From Podarcis tiliguerta (taxonomy: Eukaryota), in the NCBI GenBank assembly GCA_965153285.1, contig OZ229110.1: a stretch of DNA of 64,000 nt; one strand, written 5' to 3'. The stretch's first letter is position 1. Each line of letters opens with the position of its first letter. The translations under genes and the position numbers were made by a program. Positions 49,639-61,606 of the stretch are shown here, piece by piece. The notes under the pieces were generated by a model. That model was not told the DNA's origin. It worked only from the letters and a program-made list of their open reading frames with translations, and did not search any database.

Positions 49639-52600
49639 AGAACATTCAGTTATACTTTAAACAACTTGGTAGCAATTCAGTAAGCAATTGATGCAGTAAC
49701 TAAGCGTGGGTATTAATCCATGAGTATGAATGCCTTGAAAATAGAGAATAAGAATGCTTATATGAAAGAAATTGAAAAAGAAGAAGACCTGGAGCATGTC
49801 TGTTTGGCACGAAAACTCCAGAAAACAGAACAGAGTTCAAAACTGCCTATGTAGTACTCTGAGGAACATCTTCAGCTGCTAAGTGATGATGATGATGAAT
49901 GTGTGTGAGTATGTGCATGGACATGCATAAATTCAGAACCAGAAGCTTAGGCTAGGAACTCCATTCCGAAAATGTCTGTTCTGCCCTGCATCCCCTGTGA
50001 GTTAAGGTCATAACAAAAGAAAAAGCTTAGTAATAGGATCTCTCACTTCAAGACTTCTCAACCTGGTGCATTGCACTTGCATTTATCAGTGATGATGATG
50101 GGGGTGGAGAAAAAGAAAAAAGACTGATGAAAGGACCAAACCTTAATTTTTTTCTAAGATTTTGGATCTCAGATGTGTGTATGGAAGATCTCTGTCCAGT
50201 ATATGAACCAAATAATAGGCTATCATGGGCTGCCTTGTTACAAGATAATAACAATTTTAGAAGAAGATCTCCACCACAGGTGCTTGTAGCAGTTGTTATG
50301 ATCAACAGCTGCTGTATGTGGACTGTGTTTCTTATAAACTGCAGCTCAGAAGTTTGCATGTACCGTATATGATTAGATTATCTCTAGGCAGAGGAAGTTG
50401 TCATAAACATTATAGCTGAACATTATAGAAGCATGCCTAAAACTCTTAGAATATTGCAGCTAAGTGAAATCTACACTTTTTTAACCTTTTAAAATATTAT
50501 TGTAGGCAATTAAGTCTTTTTACAGCAATGTAATTATGGCAATACAATTACAAGAGGCTATAGATAATCAAGACTTTATAATGTGATTACAGTTTTATGT
50601 ATCTAAATGGATTGTGGAATATCCAAACTATTTAAATAACCAGACATTCAGATAAAATGGAGTGCTGTCAGTAACTTACACCAATATCCCGTAACCATAG
50701 TGAATAGACTGTAATTGGACTGTCATTTCTTCAGCATCACTGAGGCTTGGCTTATGAACATGCAACTGTGATGGTCCTACTGCATTAATGTATGACTTCT
50801 AAAGTTACTCAGAGACCACACTGGATTATTCTTTCAAATATATTTGTCTATTTATCCTTATAAGTCTTGTTTTGAAAATAATTAAAATCTATGCCTTGCA
50901 ATGCTTGTGTCATTCCTTTAGAGTCTCAGTGTCATCAAAATAAATTAAAATTTATGACAAATTGAATTTCACTGTATTGCATGGTGTATAGTATTTCTGA
51001 TTATTTAGATACTTTGTACACTTATTTTAACTTGCAGTGCTGAACTATATCATTTGTGGCTGTTGTGGGTTCTGAATAATACTACTTTTATTATTTTCTT
51101 TGGATCCTCAGTATTGAGCAGGTGGGAAATCTAATTACCCTAACTGTGCAAAATTGCTAATGACGGGATAGCACATTATTATTGTGTGTTGTGACAGCAG
51201 TTATTGTGTGTCAGAATAAAATTCCATTCCACCATGGAAGACATTTAGGTGCAATAACAGATAAAGCAAGGAGTTTAATTTACTTATTGTTAGTTATAGT
51301 ACATTGCTTTGGAGCGAATTCAGCCATGGAAAAATTACAAATTCAACAACAATATGTTGCACTAGTTTAGTCCATGACGCAATGTCAGTCAGGATGACAA
51401 AAGCAACGTTTTATGATATTTCCTTCCTTCAATTGATTTCTTTGTGTTTGGGAGAATTGCTGTCTCTTGACCCAGACTTTTATATCTCCTCTTAGAGTAT
51501 GAGAAGAGGCACCAAGAGTGTCTTCAGTCTGTTTCCTCCCTGATTCTACAGGTACCCCACATCCCTTGTCTGTTGTGTGAAGCAGAGCTCTAGATAAGCC
51601 ACACAAGAGATGGAGGGAAGTGAACCAGAATCAGGAAAGGAACTATTGGGAGGAACAGGGACTGTTTTGCCTCCCATTGCCACCAGAGATTTTAAGGTGT
51701 AAGGGTGGTAGCCAGGCTGCAAGACAAATCCCATGAGAAAAGGAAAGGAAGACTAGTATAATCAATATTGGAGGTCATAATTGCATTTTCCATCACTTTA
51801 TTCATATGTCTGGGAGACTTTTATCTGCTAAAATAGTCAGCAACACTAAGTATTGAACTGACCAGGAGAAAACCAGTTAGTCTGATTCTCTTGGGCTAAA
51901 AGCTTGGCACAGCTGTTTGTCCTTCTAGAAGTGCCTAGGACACTCTTAAGCACACTATAGTACAAATACCCCCTTTCCCCAGCTTAAAAAGATACTGTTT
52001 ATCATGTGAGTTGGGATAAATATACTAGCTACTGTATTAGCAACCTAGGGGGATAGAGCTTTGCTTCAAGGAGCCAAAGACTCTGCAGCTGACACCTGTA
52101 ATGAAGCTTGTTGGCATCCATCACAGCAAGAGCCTTCTTGCTCTTTTAAAGCTAATTGCTTGTAGACACCTGAGCTTCTGCCCCCTCCATCTTTGCATGA
52201 CCCATGAGATAGATATACACCCAAGAAATCTGCCAAACAGGTGCGTATGCCCATAATTCTGTCCATGCCACATTTGTCTGATTAGAATTCCAGCTGATGG
52301 CGTTCATTTTCTACTGGGCCATCTATGGCACACTAGAGCCACAGGTAGTTCGCCTCAGCAAGCTAACAGTACTGTGTCTCAGATCATTTATTATTGGATC
52401 TGAGAAGCTGCCAGAACTGTTAATGTATGTGTGTGTTTAATTCTTTTTTAGAAGCAAAGCCGTCTCATTACTCTGCAAATAAGTCTCTCAATGCATTGTT
52501 TCATACATAGCTTACTTTGATCTGAAGTAAACAGCCCGACAGAGCTGTATATGCTTTTGAAAGAGGTTTTGGAATATTTGATCTGGTGCCTCAGCTGTAG

Positions 52601-53099
52601 GCCATTAGACTCCCGAAGCCTGTTCATCTTTCCCTTTCTGATGCCACAGTACAATATTCTACAGCTGCGTGTTACTGTTGGGTGTTAGTGGGATTTTGGT
52701 TTTTTTACTGCTTTCAATTGATAGCTGCATTCAATACTTTTTATTAAAGGAAATATATAGCAGAATTATTTTAAATGAATGAAACTTCTTAAGGCACTGT
52801 ATGCTTGCACATTCAAAGAAGTAGGAGTGAGTTTCGGTTCCTGGTATTGCACTTCTTCTATAACACTCAAAGCTAGCTGCCTCCATACAAATTTGGGTCA
52901 CTGCCCCCTCTTCCTTCAAACTGTGGTATAATAGCCCCCTTTGTTCAGGACAGGTATCTATCCTTCCAGTGGGAAATTTCAGGAACCACAGGAGTATAAA
53001 GAAAACATAAAAGAACTATTGCACAAATTGCCTTCAATTCACATAAATTTGCACCTGACCCACTGTTTGAACAATCTCCATTTTACATAATGTCACAGC

Positions 53100-53520
53100 C
53101 ATCCTTTGCCCATGCATTGGTAATTTGAATATTGGATTAATACATTGTGGTGTATGTGGGGCTACCCTTCAGAGGCTGCAGCTACTGCAGAATGTGGTGT
53201 CTAGGCTGCTTGTGGTGGGGGCAAACTACAGTCAACACAAAACACTTTTTCTGCAGGATTTGCACTGGCTCCAATCTGCTACTAGGCAAAGTTCAAGATT
53301 TGGGTACTAATGTATATGACCCTTATATAGCTTGGAACTAGGATATTTAAGAGACTGCCTAATCCTTTACAATACCCATTGGGTCACTGCCTTTTGCAGG
53401 AGAATCTCTCCCTTGTTCCTAAAACTGCTTTTAAAAACTTTTTATGGCTATTGTCAGCTGCCCTGGACTCCTTTGGAAGGAAGAGCAGGATACCATAACA
53501 ATTACTTAATAATAACAATA
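53100..53520 (+). mobile_element. L2 LINE ORF2 fragment plus 3' end
   Basis: YVGLP.../LQLLQNVVSRLL...LQDLHWL.../GYLRDCL resembles L2 'LQxVQNAAARL...LxxLHWLP'; L2-like tail near 53450-53520. Confidence 0.75.
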
Positions 53521-56330
53521 TTTTAGTGATTTATGAATTACCTTTCACATAAGTTTCAGAGTGATTTGCAATCACACAACATAAACAACATAAATTGGTT
53601 TTCAAGCAATGCAAATAAACATCCAAGACAGAGACCTAAAACTAATTATGCTCTCCACTCTCATCTAGATGCAAAAGCTCGTCAAAACTAAAACAAAAAT
53701 AGTGGACACTTGTCATACCTCAGCAGAGATCCTCTTTCACATAATGGAGCTGAAAGCTTTGCTCTGAATTGCTAAGGAGCAGGCTTTTAATATTTTCTAT
53801 TGTTTTAGAGGACTTAGGAATACTTAGGTGTTCTTGGGGTATATGCAAGGCCCATGAAGGTCACTCAGAGCTGCTAGCTGTAAGGAGTAATAAATCCTGT
53901 ATCTTCTTCACAATCGTGTATTGTCTTAGCTTGGCTAAGGCTTAGTCAGCATTTCTGTCTCCTCATTCCAGAGATCATTCCAGAGGCAAAGATATTTCTG
54001 TCCTCAAGAAAGACATTGAGTGCCTCTTGAGTTTCTTGACCAAAGTTTGCTTCCATTCCGCTTCATAGCTCTCTGGCCTGTCATCCTCAGCATGTACCCT
54101 GGTTCCCCCTCAAAATGACCTGAATGACAAGCAGCAGTCAGACATACTAGATACTTGAGAAAATTGAGTTTTTTCCCCATCATGGAAAAATGTAGCTTCA
54201 CCTGCTAGGTATCTTTGTACTGAGCTTCCGTTAAAGACATAGGAAGGGGGCCAGACCAGAAAAGGTGGTGACCCAAATTATATTGGGTATGTATATATAA
54301 GGCATAATATAATCTCATTGCAGGCATACACTCCTGCACCCACAGAGGCACAGCTGTCTATAAGCCATATCACAGCAGGGTCAATAATACTGAGCCCCGT
54401 GATGATAGTTTTCTGCTGTTTTCTTCTAGAATTTTACTTCACAGATTTTTATTGACTCTAGCTGAAAAGATCTGAGTTGCATTGTGTAATTACCTAGCAG
54501 AACTACGGGAATTGCCTAAAGGGTAAGCTATATATCACATTCATGGCATTTATTACTTTTCCATTCCATTTCTTCTCTGTATTAAATAGGCACAAAAACT
54601 CTATTATTTGTCAACAGCAATGAGTTAGCAGCCAGCACAAACCTGAAGTGCACAAGAGATTTCTGATTCCCAGCTTCTCTGAATAATGTTAAAACTCATC
54701 ATTGCAAAGGTATGGAGTTTCACTGTTTAAATTCAACTGATTGCAATGCTGTGAAGTGTTTCAGAGTAAAGCATCCCTCCAGTCCTACTTGTCATTGCTG
54801 GCAGTGCCACTAAAAATACAAGGGACAATGGAATATAGATAGGAATGCTTTTAATTTTCCGAAGAGTTAAAATGTTTAGAAGAATGGGTGCCCAACAGCT
54901 TTTTTCTTTCCCCTGCAATAAAGTGTCTCAGGTCTTGGGTCCTTCTCATTTATCACTTAATTGCCACCTTTTATTGCTTGTGCTTTAAATGAAGAATGGT
55001 GGAGTACCCTTGTAAACACCTGTGAAATTGGGCCCTTGACTGCATGAGCAGTGAGATTGCTCTGTGATAGCAAATGCTAGAAAAGTACAGAAGCTGCTGA
55101 ATGTGACTTCAGCACTGGAGATTGGACAGCATCCACCATCACGGCTGAAGGCAATAGCATAGCTATGGAAGCACAAGGATCATCACATGTGCAGCGGAAG
55201 AGTGAGTAGAAGAATGTTGGGCAGCAGAAAAGTGTGATGGAATGTTGGGTGGAGCTACTGGAACTCTTATTGGTGTTCTGTATAAAATGACTTGTTCTGG
55301 GTATCCCCCCCACCTAAAATAAATAAATAAATAAATAAATAATGCTTTTAACTTTCTGTAGGATGATTGCATGGCACACAAAGCTCTGCCACTTTGTACC
55401 CTCTAGCATTCACTGCCAGAGCTGGCTGCCTCACGTTCTGCCTACTGGCGTGTTCCTGATAGGAAATACTGCCTCCATTTCCCATTGGTCAAGGAGAAAT
55501 TGGATGGATAAGTAAACCTGTTCCTAAGCGTCTCCTCTTCAATATGGTGGCCAGAGAGCCAGGAGATGCCCTGGAGAGCCTCTTCCCTTTCTGCTTTAAA
55601 CAGTCTTCCTTTTCCCCGTCAAGGGGACTTAAAGGTTGGGCTGTGTACAGCCCCTACTCCCTGTCAGTATTTCCACTGCCACTATTGCAGAGGGCCACAT
55701 GAGCGGATGATTTCATTTCTTATCACTGTGTGTGTAAGCAGAAGTCAAGCTGACAAACATCCGCTCTTTGTTCTCTGTCCAGCTAGAAAGCTAGAGAGGA
55801 TGTGTGGGAAGGAGCTCACACAGAATGCCATGTTTCTTTTGTTTCTTTTGCTGTAAATAATAAAATACTTGATGTCATAATTCCTACACAATTCTGCTTT
55901 CACTGACTCTGCTGATATGCCTTATAGCATGCACATGTCTTTTGGATGTGTGCCAATGCTTTATACGGCACTCCACCAAGGGAACCTCCATCCACCCCAT
56001 GACTCTGATTTTGGGGTATCATGTTGACCCACCCTGCATCATTCTGGGTTCACTGCCTCACCCCAGATGTGACTTTAAATGCAAATCAGATTTATCCCCA
56101 ATCCCCACTTAAATTGCAGCATTTAATTGTCCTTCCTGCAAATTGCAGTGAAGTGTTTCTTGGCTTATTCAACGAAGCCTGATTTTAGCAGAGAAGCTGG
56201 CTAGCCACAGGCCCTGTAACTGTCCCACTCCTGCAATTGAGTGGCCCATTTTTGCTTAGTCTTCATGTGTAAGACCTTTATGATTACCGTATACTAAAAA
56301 AATCAATATTTAGACATATGGTGCCTAAGA

Positions 56331-56417
56331 CTGTAATTCTATAGATGCTTACATGATAATAAGCTATGTTGAACTCAGTGGAACTTAATTCTGAGTAGAT
56401 ATGTATAGGATTGCACT
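56331..56417. repeat. Short palindromic squamate MITE-like repeat
   Basis: TGTAATTCTATA...TATAGGATTGCA inverted ends around a TGAACTCA core; related partial copies at ~2805-2846, 3941-4211 (interrupted) and 57583-57640. Confidence 0.6.
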
Positions 56418-59079
56418 GTGTGTGGCTTAGTGAGGAGGTAAATGGGAAATCCTTGGATCATATATGGGAAAATGATATTTGAGCATCATTTCTGATTTGT
56501 ATGAGCCACAAAAACCTCTATATTTCAAATTATAATTGGTTATCTGTTGGACAGATACCCAGGAATTGACTAGGACTGAAGGTGACCCTGATGAGCTTAT
56601 AAAATGACATTGAAGTTTGGCCCACTGGATCTGGGTGATTGAAGCTGTTCACCAGAGACAGAAACTGTAATTTTTACCTTTCACTACAAACCTTTTCAAT
56701 ACAGGCTGAGAATAAGAACTTTCTATCCCATACCAATCTTTGAACCTGTTCTGGATGTGCTTCCCCCACACTTGATCAGAATTCCCGCATTGAGTTGCAT
56801 TGCTGTTTTCTATAGCTTTGGCATGATCTTAGATGGTTGATTCTTTCTGCCAGACCATTACCCCTTAACTTAATAAAATATTATCCCATAATGGCATTTC
56901 TACATACTGAGCTCCAAATTGATTTGATATATGCCACCTCCTCTGTCATATACCATTTGTAGCAGTGTGGGTTAAAACTGACTTTTTAAGGTGTGTCATG
57001 GACCTTCTTTTTCTAAGCACATTCATTTCCTCACTAATTTGCATTTACAATGCAAGGAGCTGCTGTTCTTTAAGATACCTGGACACCTTACACTGCATCT
57101 ATTTTAAGTTGTAGGTTTATTATAAATGACACTGTCAGCATTAGTGGCACTGAAGTTATAATGCTCCCTATGAGGCATATGATTTCATTATAGCATGCAT
57201 GGAACTATGGAGAATATATGTGGCACTAAGGCTTAAATTCACTTACTTCTGCATACTAATTGGTTTGAGGCAGAATCGGAAATGAATGAATGACAGCCAT
57301 ATTAAAAATGGGCTCTTAGATTTTCATTATTTACTAGCGAACCAGTTTGCCATGAATAAAATAGAATGAGAAAAATGGATGTTTACTGCTTGGGTAGCTT
57401 GCAAAGATGGAAAGCTACATTCATAAGCCAAATGCAAAACTTGATTGAAAATTGGATGGCATTTCACACTATTTATTGAGTCCGATTTTCAAGCCGGATC
57501 CAATAAAGAATATGACCCCCCCCCAACATAAATTGTAAGAGGAATTAATTACAGATGCTGAAAGTAGATTTCAGATAGTGAAAACCTACACATACATACT
57601 CAGAATTAAGTCCCATTGTGTTCAGTAGAGCTTACTCCCCAAAAAGCAGGCTGTGGTCTGCAGCAAGAATTTCTTTTATTTATATTATGTTATTATCTAT
57701 ATTTTAGCTATGTATATTTTATTAGATAACTATCTCTGTTTTGCCTTTGCTAAGGATTTAAGGGGGGCCTTTTTTAATGTGTTGAACCTTTGAAGCTTGT
57801 AGGTGTCTCCCCAGCTCTTTAGGTGAAGGGCAGATGCATCTTGACTCTACTGTACATATATCTATAGATGCATAAACATGGACACAAAATGCCAGTGCAA
57901 CACTTTCATCTCAACCTACTTCCCATAACTGTCAATCCAAACAGTAAATATTTCTGTGATTATTCTATAATACATAAGGTGTGCTGTGAGAATAAACATT
58001 CTAATAAATATTCTCCTCTCCCTTTCCTTTAAAAATTAATAATAATATAAAAATAAAGAAATTGTGATGGCCATTTTTGTAACACAGCTTTGCTACAGAA
58101 CCCAGGCAGGACAGGGTGCTGTGTAATAGATCGATTCATTTCACAGCAGGCAGAGAACAGACCAGCAATATGTAGGGAAAGGAGGGTGGATAAGGCAAGT
58201 GTTACAAATATTCAAGCAATCCTATTTTATTCTTATTTTTTAAAAATATTATTTTAATATCTCACTACTATATGGGATTTCCAGTTTCCTATTCAAGGAC
58301 CACAGCTTAGGACTGTGGTTGGACTTGGTATAAATTAGGTTCTTGTGGTATGATTAACTTACACAATTTCAACCTTGCACAGTTGAAAGCCGGCTGATTG
58401 AAATCATGCGAGTTAATTGCATGCAAGTCAGAGGGTTAAAAGCTCTTTGTAGTGGGTTTTCCCAGTGCAGAAAGAGCTTTTATTCCCTCAGACTTGCTAC
58501 CGAGCTCTGGGATTCTCTCACATGGGGTCTGGGATGCTCTGGTGAGATCTTACAGGACCTCGGAGGGCCCCACAACATCTCACATGAGCATCCCAGAGTT
58601 CAGTAAGCAAGGTGGAGAGTTAAAGGTGCACCGCCTTCCTTGGAAGGTAAGAATGCTCACACTGGGGTGATTAAAACAGGGGCAGTTCAGATATATGTGT
58701 TTTTGCATACACACACCACAACATAACCCCTGCACAAAATGTCACTGTAGTCTCTTTCTCTCTCTGTGTGTGTGTATATATTTACACACACACTTATAAG
58801 TCAGTTTGGCAATCTCAGCCCATGAACTATCTTTTGGGTTAATTAATAGTTTCATCCAATTCATACCAGTGAGTTTAGAGTTTCTACTGCAATAATTGAA
58901 AAAAATCACACCTTTTTTTTCTTTCTTCTCTAACTCTCTAACTTTCATCAAATAAGTCAGTTTTATACCTTTAATAAAACCCAACTCCGTTCAAGTTCAA
59001 AACAAACCTGTACATTGGTTTAAGAGGTTCTGAGACATGAACATCAGCTCAACAATTGTAGAGGCTTTATGGCGAGTGA

Positions 59080-59222
59080 TTGTGGTCTCGAGGTTAGGAA
59101 GAGTGGATTGCTGTCTGATCTCGTATGAGTTTGATGGATAGCTTTGGCAAAGTAATCCCTGGGCTTTGATTCCCGATTTATAAAATAGGAATATTAATGT
59201 CCTACCTCACAGGCTTGTTCTC
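59080..59222 (+). mobile_element. Ancient MIR/CORE SINE remnant
   Basis: ...TTTATAAAATAGGAATATTAATGTCCTACCTCACAGG resembles the MIR core (CTGTAAAATGGGGATAATAATAGTACCTACCTCACAGG). Confidence 0.55.
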
Positions 59223-59742
59223 AGCAAACATACTAAAAATGCCATAGACATGATGAATTGGAATAATATGCAGCTTATTCACCTTATGACATGCTCAACA
59301 CATCTTTATTCTCTGTCAGTGTATATCAAGATAAGAGGTAGGGAGCAAGACAGCTTTTGAAGTATATCTGACAGAACATTTAGGGTCAATGTTTTGAATT
59401 TTGCCTGATTAAGCCATTGAAAGTGACCAGGAACATTAGTATAAATTAATCTGAGCAAGGAGCTGCAGACTGGAAACTGCCAGTAATCTCTGAGGGCATC
59501 ATGATATAGGACAGAATCAAACTTTGCATTATATAACACATAGTCTGAGCCTACATAGGTGCTTTTCCTTATTCAAAATGAAGTGTGCACACCCCCATCT
59601 GGACTGAGAGTGCAATATGTTTGGAGAAGGGGCCTGATCCTTCTAAAGCTCCCACTTTGTGCAGCTGTTAGCAATAATGAAAAGTTCCCAATAGCTTTTT
59701 ATTATTTTTAATTTTATTTTAATTATCAGTAGGTAAGTGTTA

Positions 59743-60102
59743 GGGATGCGGGTGGTGCTGTGGTTAAACCACAGAGCCTAGGACTTGCCGATCAGAAGAT
59801 TGGTTGTTCGAATCCCCGCAACGGGGTGAGCGCCCATTGCTCAGTCCCTGCTCCTACCAACATAGCAGTTTGAAAGCACATCAAAGTGCAAGTAGATAAA
59901 TAGGTAAATAACTTTCCGGCGGGAAAGTAAATGGTGTTTTTGTGCGCTGCTCTGGTTCGCCAGAAGCGGCTTAGTCATGCTGGCCACATGACCTGGAAGC
60001 TGTACGCCGGCTCCCTCGGCCAATAAAGCAAGATGAACGCTGCAACCCCAGAGTCGGTCACGACTGGACCTAATGGTCAGGGGTCCCTTTACCTTTACCT
60101 TT
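59743..60102 (+). mobile_element. Full-length Sauria SINE (Podarcis-type)
   Basis: GGGATGCGGGTGGTGCTGTGG start, B-box GTTCGAATCC, (CCTTTA)n tail, 8-bp TSD TAAGTGTT at 59734-59741 and 60103-60110. Confidence 0.95.
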
Positions 60103-60109
60103 TAAGTGT

Positions 60110-60140
<31 letters not shown>

Positions 60141-60146
60141 TGTGTG
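60110..60146. repeat. (TG)n microsatellite, interrupted
   Basis: TG run directly after the SINE TSD. Confidence 0.95.
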
Positions 60147-61572
60147 GAGATAATGACTGGGTAGGGAAGAATTAACCCCCCCCCATGTACTGAAGTTTCA
60201 GTCCAGATTACCCACCCTCCATGTTTACTTTTGTATAAGAAAAATGCATGTAAAAACTTGTTTATAATGTGCAGTTTGACCCTCAGAAAGTCACGTCTGC
60301 CCGGGTTGTCACTTTAGAACACCTTCTGTGATGTCTTTTATCTCATGAGATCCAGTCATAGTAGTCTATGACTACACAGTAAGCCAGACCTAATAATTAA
60401 TGTTGCCGTTGTTTGATTATGGATAACATGCACAGCAAGAAATATGTAAGAATACAGTGCTGTACATAACAATGTGTTGGGTGACTTTGAAGACTGCTGT
60501 TGCATTTCCAAGTGTCTTTCTGCCATGAAGTGGGTAGGTAGATTCATGACTAGAAAACATGGCGTGTGTTTTTTTTATTTTAAAAAAGGCATTACCTTTG
60601 TGTGTGTTATATTCTGTATAAGCGGTTTTGCATTAAGTTTCTTTAATACCAGCATGTGCATATCTCTGGTGACGCTCTCACCTGCCATCTTTCAGATCCC
60701 TGAAATGTTGATATTCTTTTCTAAATTTTAAAGCCCAACTGATACTTCAGAAGTCGTAAAACAACAGATAACTGGACCTAGTCGAAGAGTATATATCATG
60801 CACACTTTTAATAGTGGCAATAGCTAACTGCTAGAACCTAATGGGAATGATAGATTCTCTGTCACCTGGAAGTCTTTTTATCAAGATCTGGTGACTTTTA
60901 TTAAAGAGCTGCTCCATTTCATAGGGCTGATACAGGAATTTTAGGGGACATTTTATGGTCTACATTACTCAAGAGGTCAGACTCAATGATCACAATGGTG
61001 CCTGGTGGCTATAAATTCTATGAATAACAATACAGAATAATCTTGTGCTTCAGGTTTGCAACTTTTCTGTAAAGCTGGTTGAGCATTATTATCTTCAGTA
61101 ACTAGAGCAGAAATAAGTGCCTTCCCCCAAAGGTACATAAGGGAAGGATTTAGACTTTCAGTAGATGACAAAGATTCTGGATGCTGCTCCTTAAGGAGCT
61201 ATAGTAACATCACAAGGACTTCATTTTCACAAAGGGTGTTGAAGTTCACTCAGGGACTGACTTACTCAAAGTGTCCTGCTTCACTTATCTGAAGACCATT
61301 CAGTCTGAATCTTCACATATTTTCCTTTACTGCAGAAAATCTAAGATCCACTTAGGTACTGTTTTACTCTTTGTTGCTGTTCAAGGCAGCTAAATATTCA
61401 TTTTAAAAAGGAAAGAAAAAGATGTGTTTTCTTTTTTTTAACACTCACACATATATACTGGCATTTGGAAATTAAATTGAGGCTTATTATACTACTGGGT
61501 TAGTTCCTTGGCTGATATCAATAAATTGCCTGTACTGTTTTATATTTTTTGAGGTGGACTTTGTTTTAGCAT

Positions 61573-61606
61573 TTCAGCAAGCCACCCTTGTCAGTAGGGG
61601 GCGTAT
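61573..61606 (+). promoter_or_regulatory. Candidate CTCF binding site with upstream motif
   Basis: Core TTGTCAGTAGGGGGCGTAT versus TGGCCASYAGRKGGCRSY; upstream TTCAGCAAG at a 6-bp spacer; CpG retained in a CpG-poor context. Confidence 0.4.

Noticed and set aside
58742-58984. WMKLL...WAEIAKLTY resembling an L1 ORF2 C-terminus on the minus strand
   Set aside because: Too short and degenerate to call or bound.
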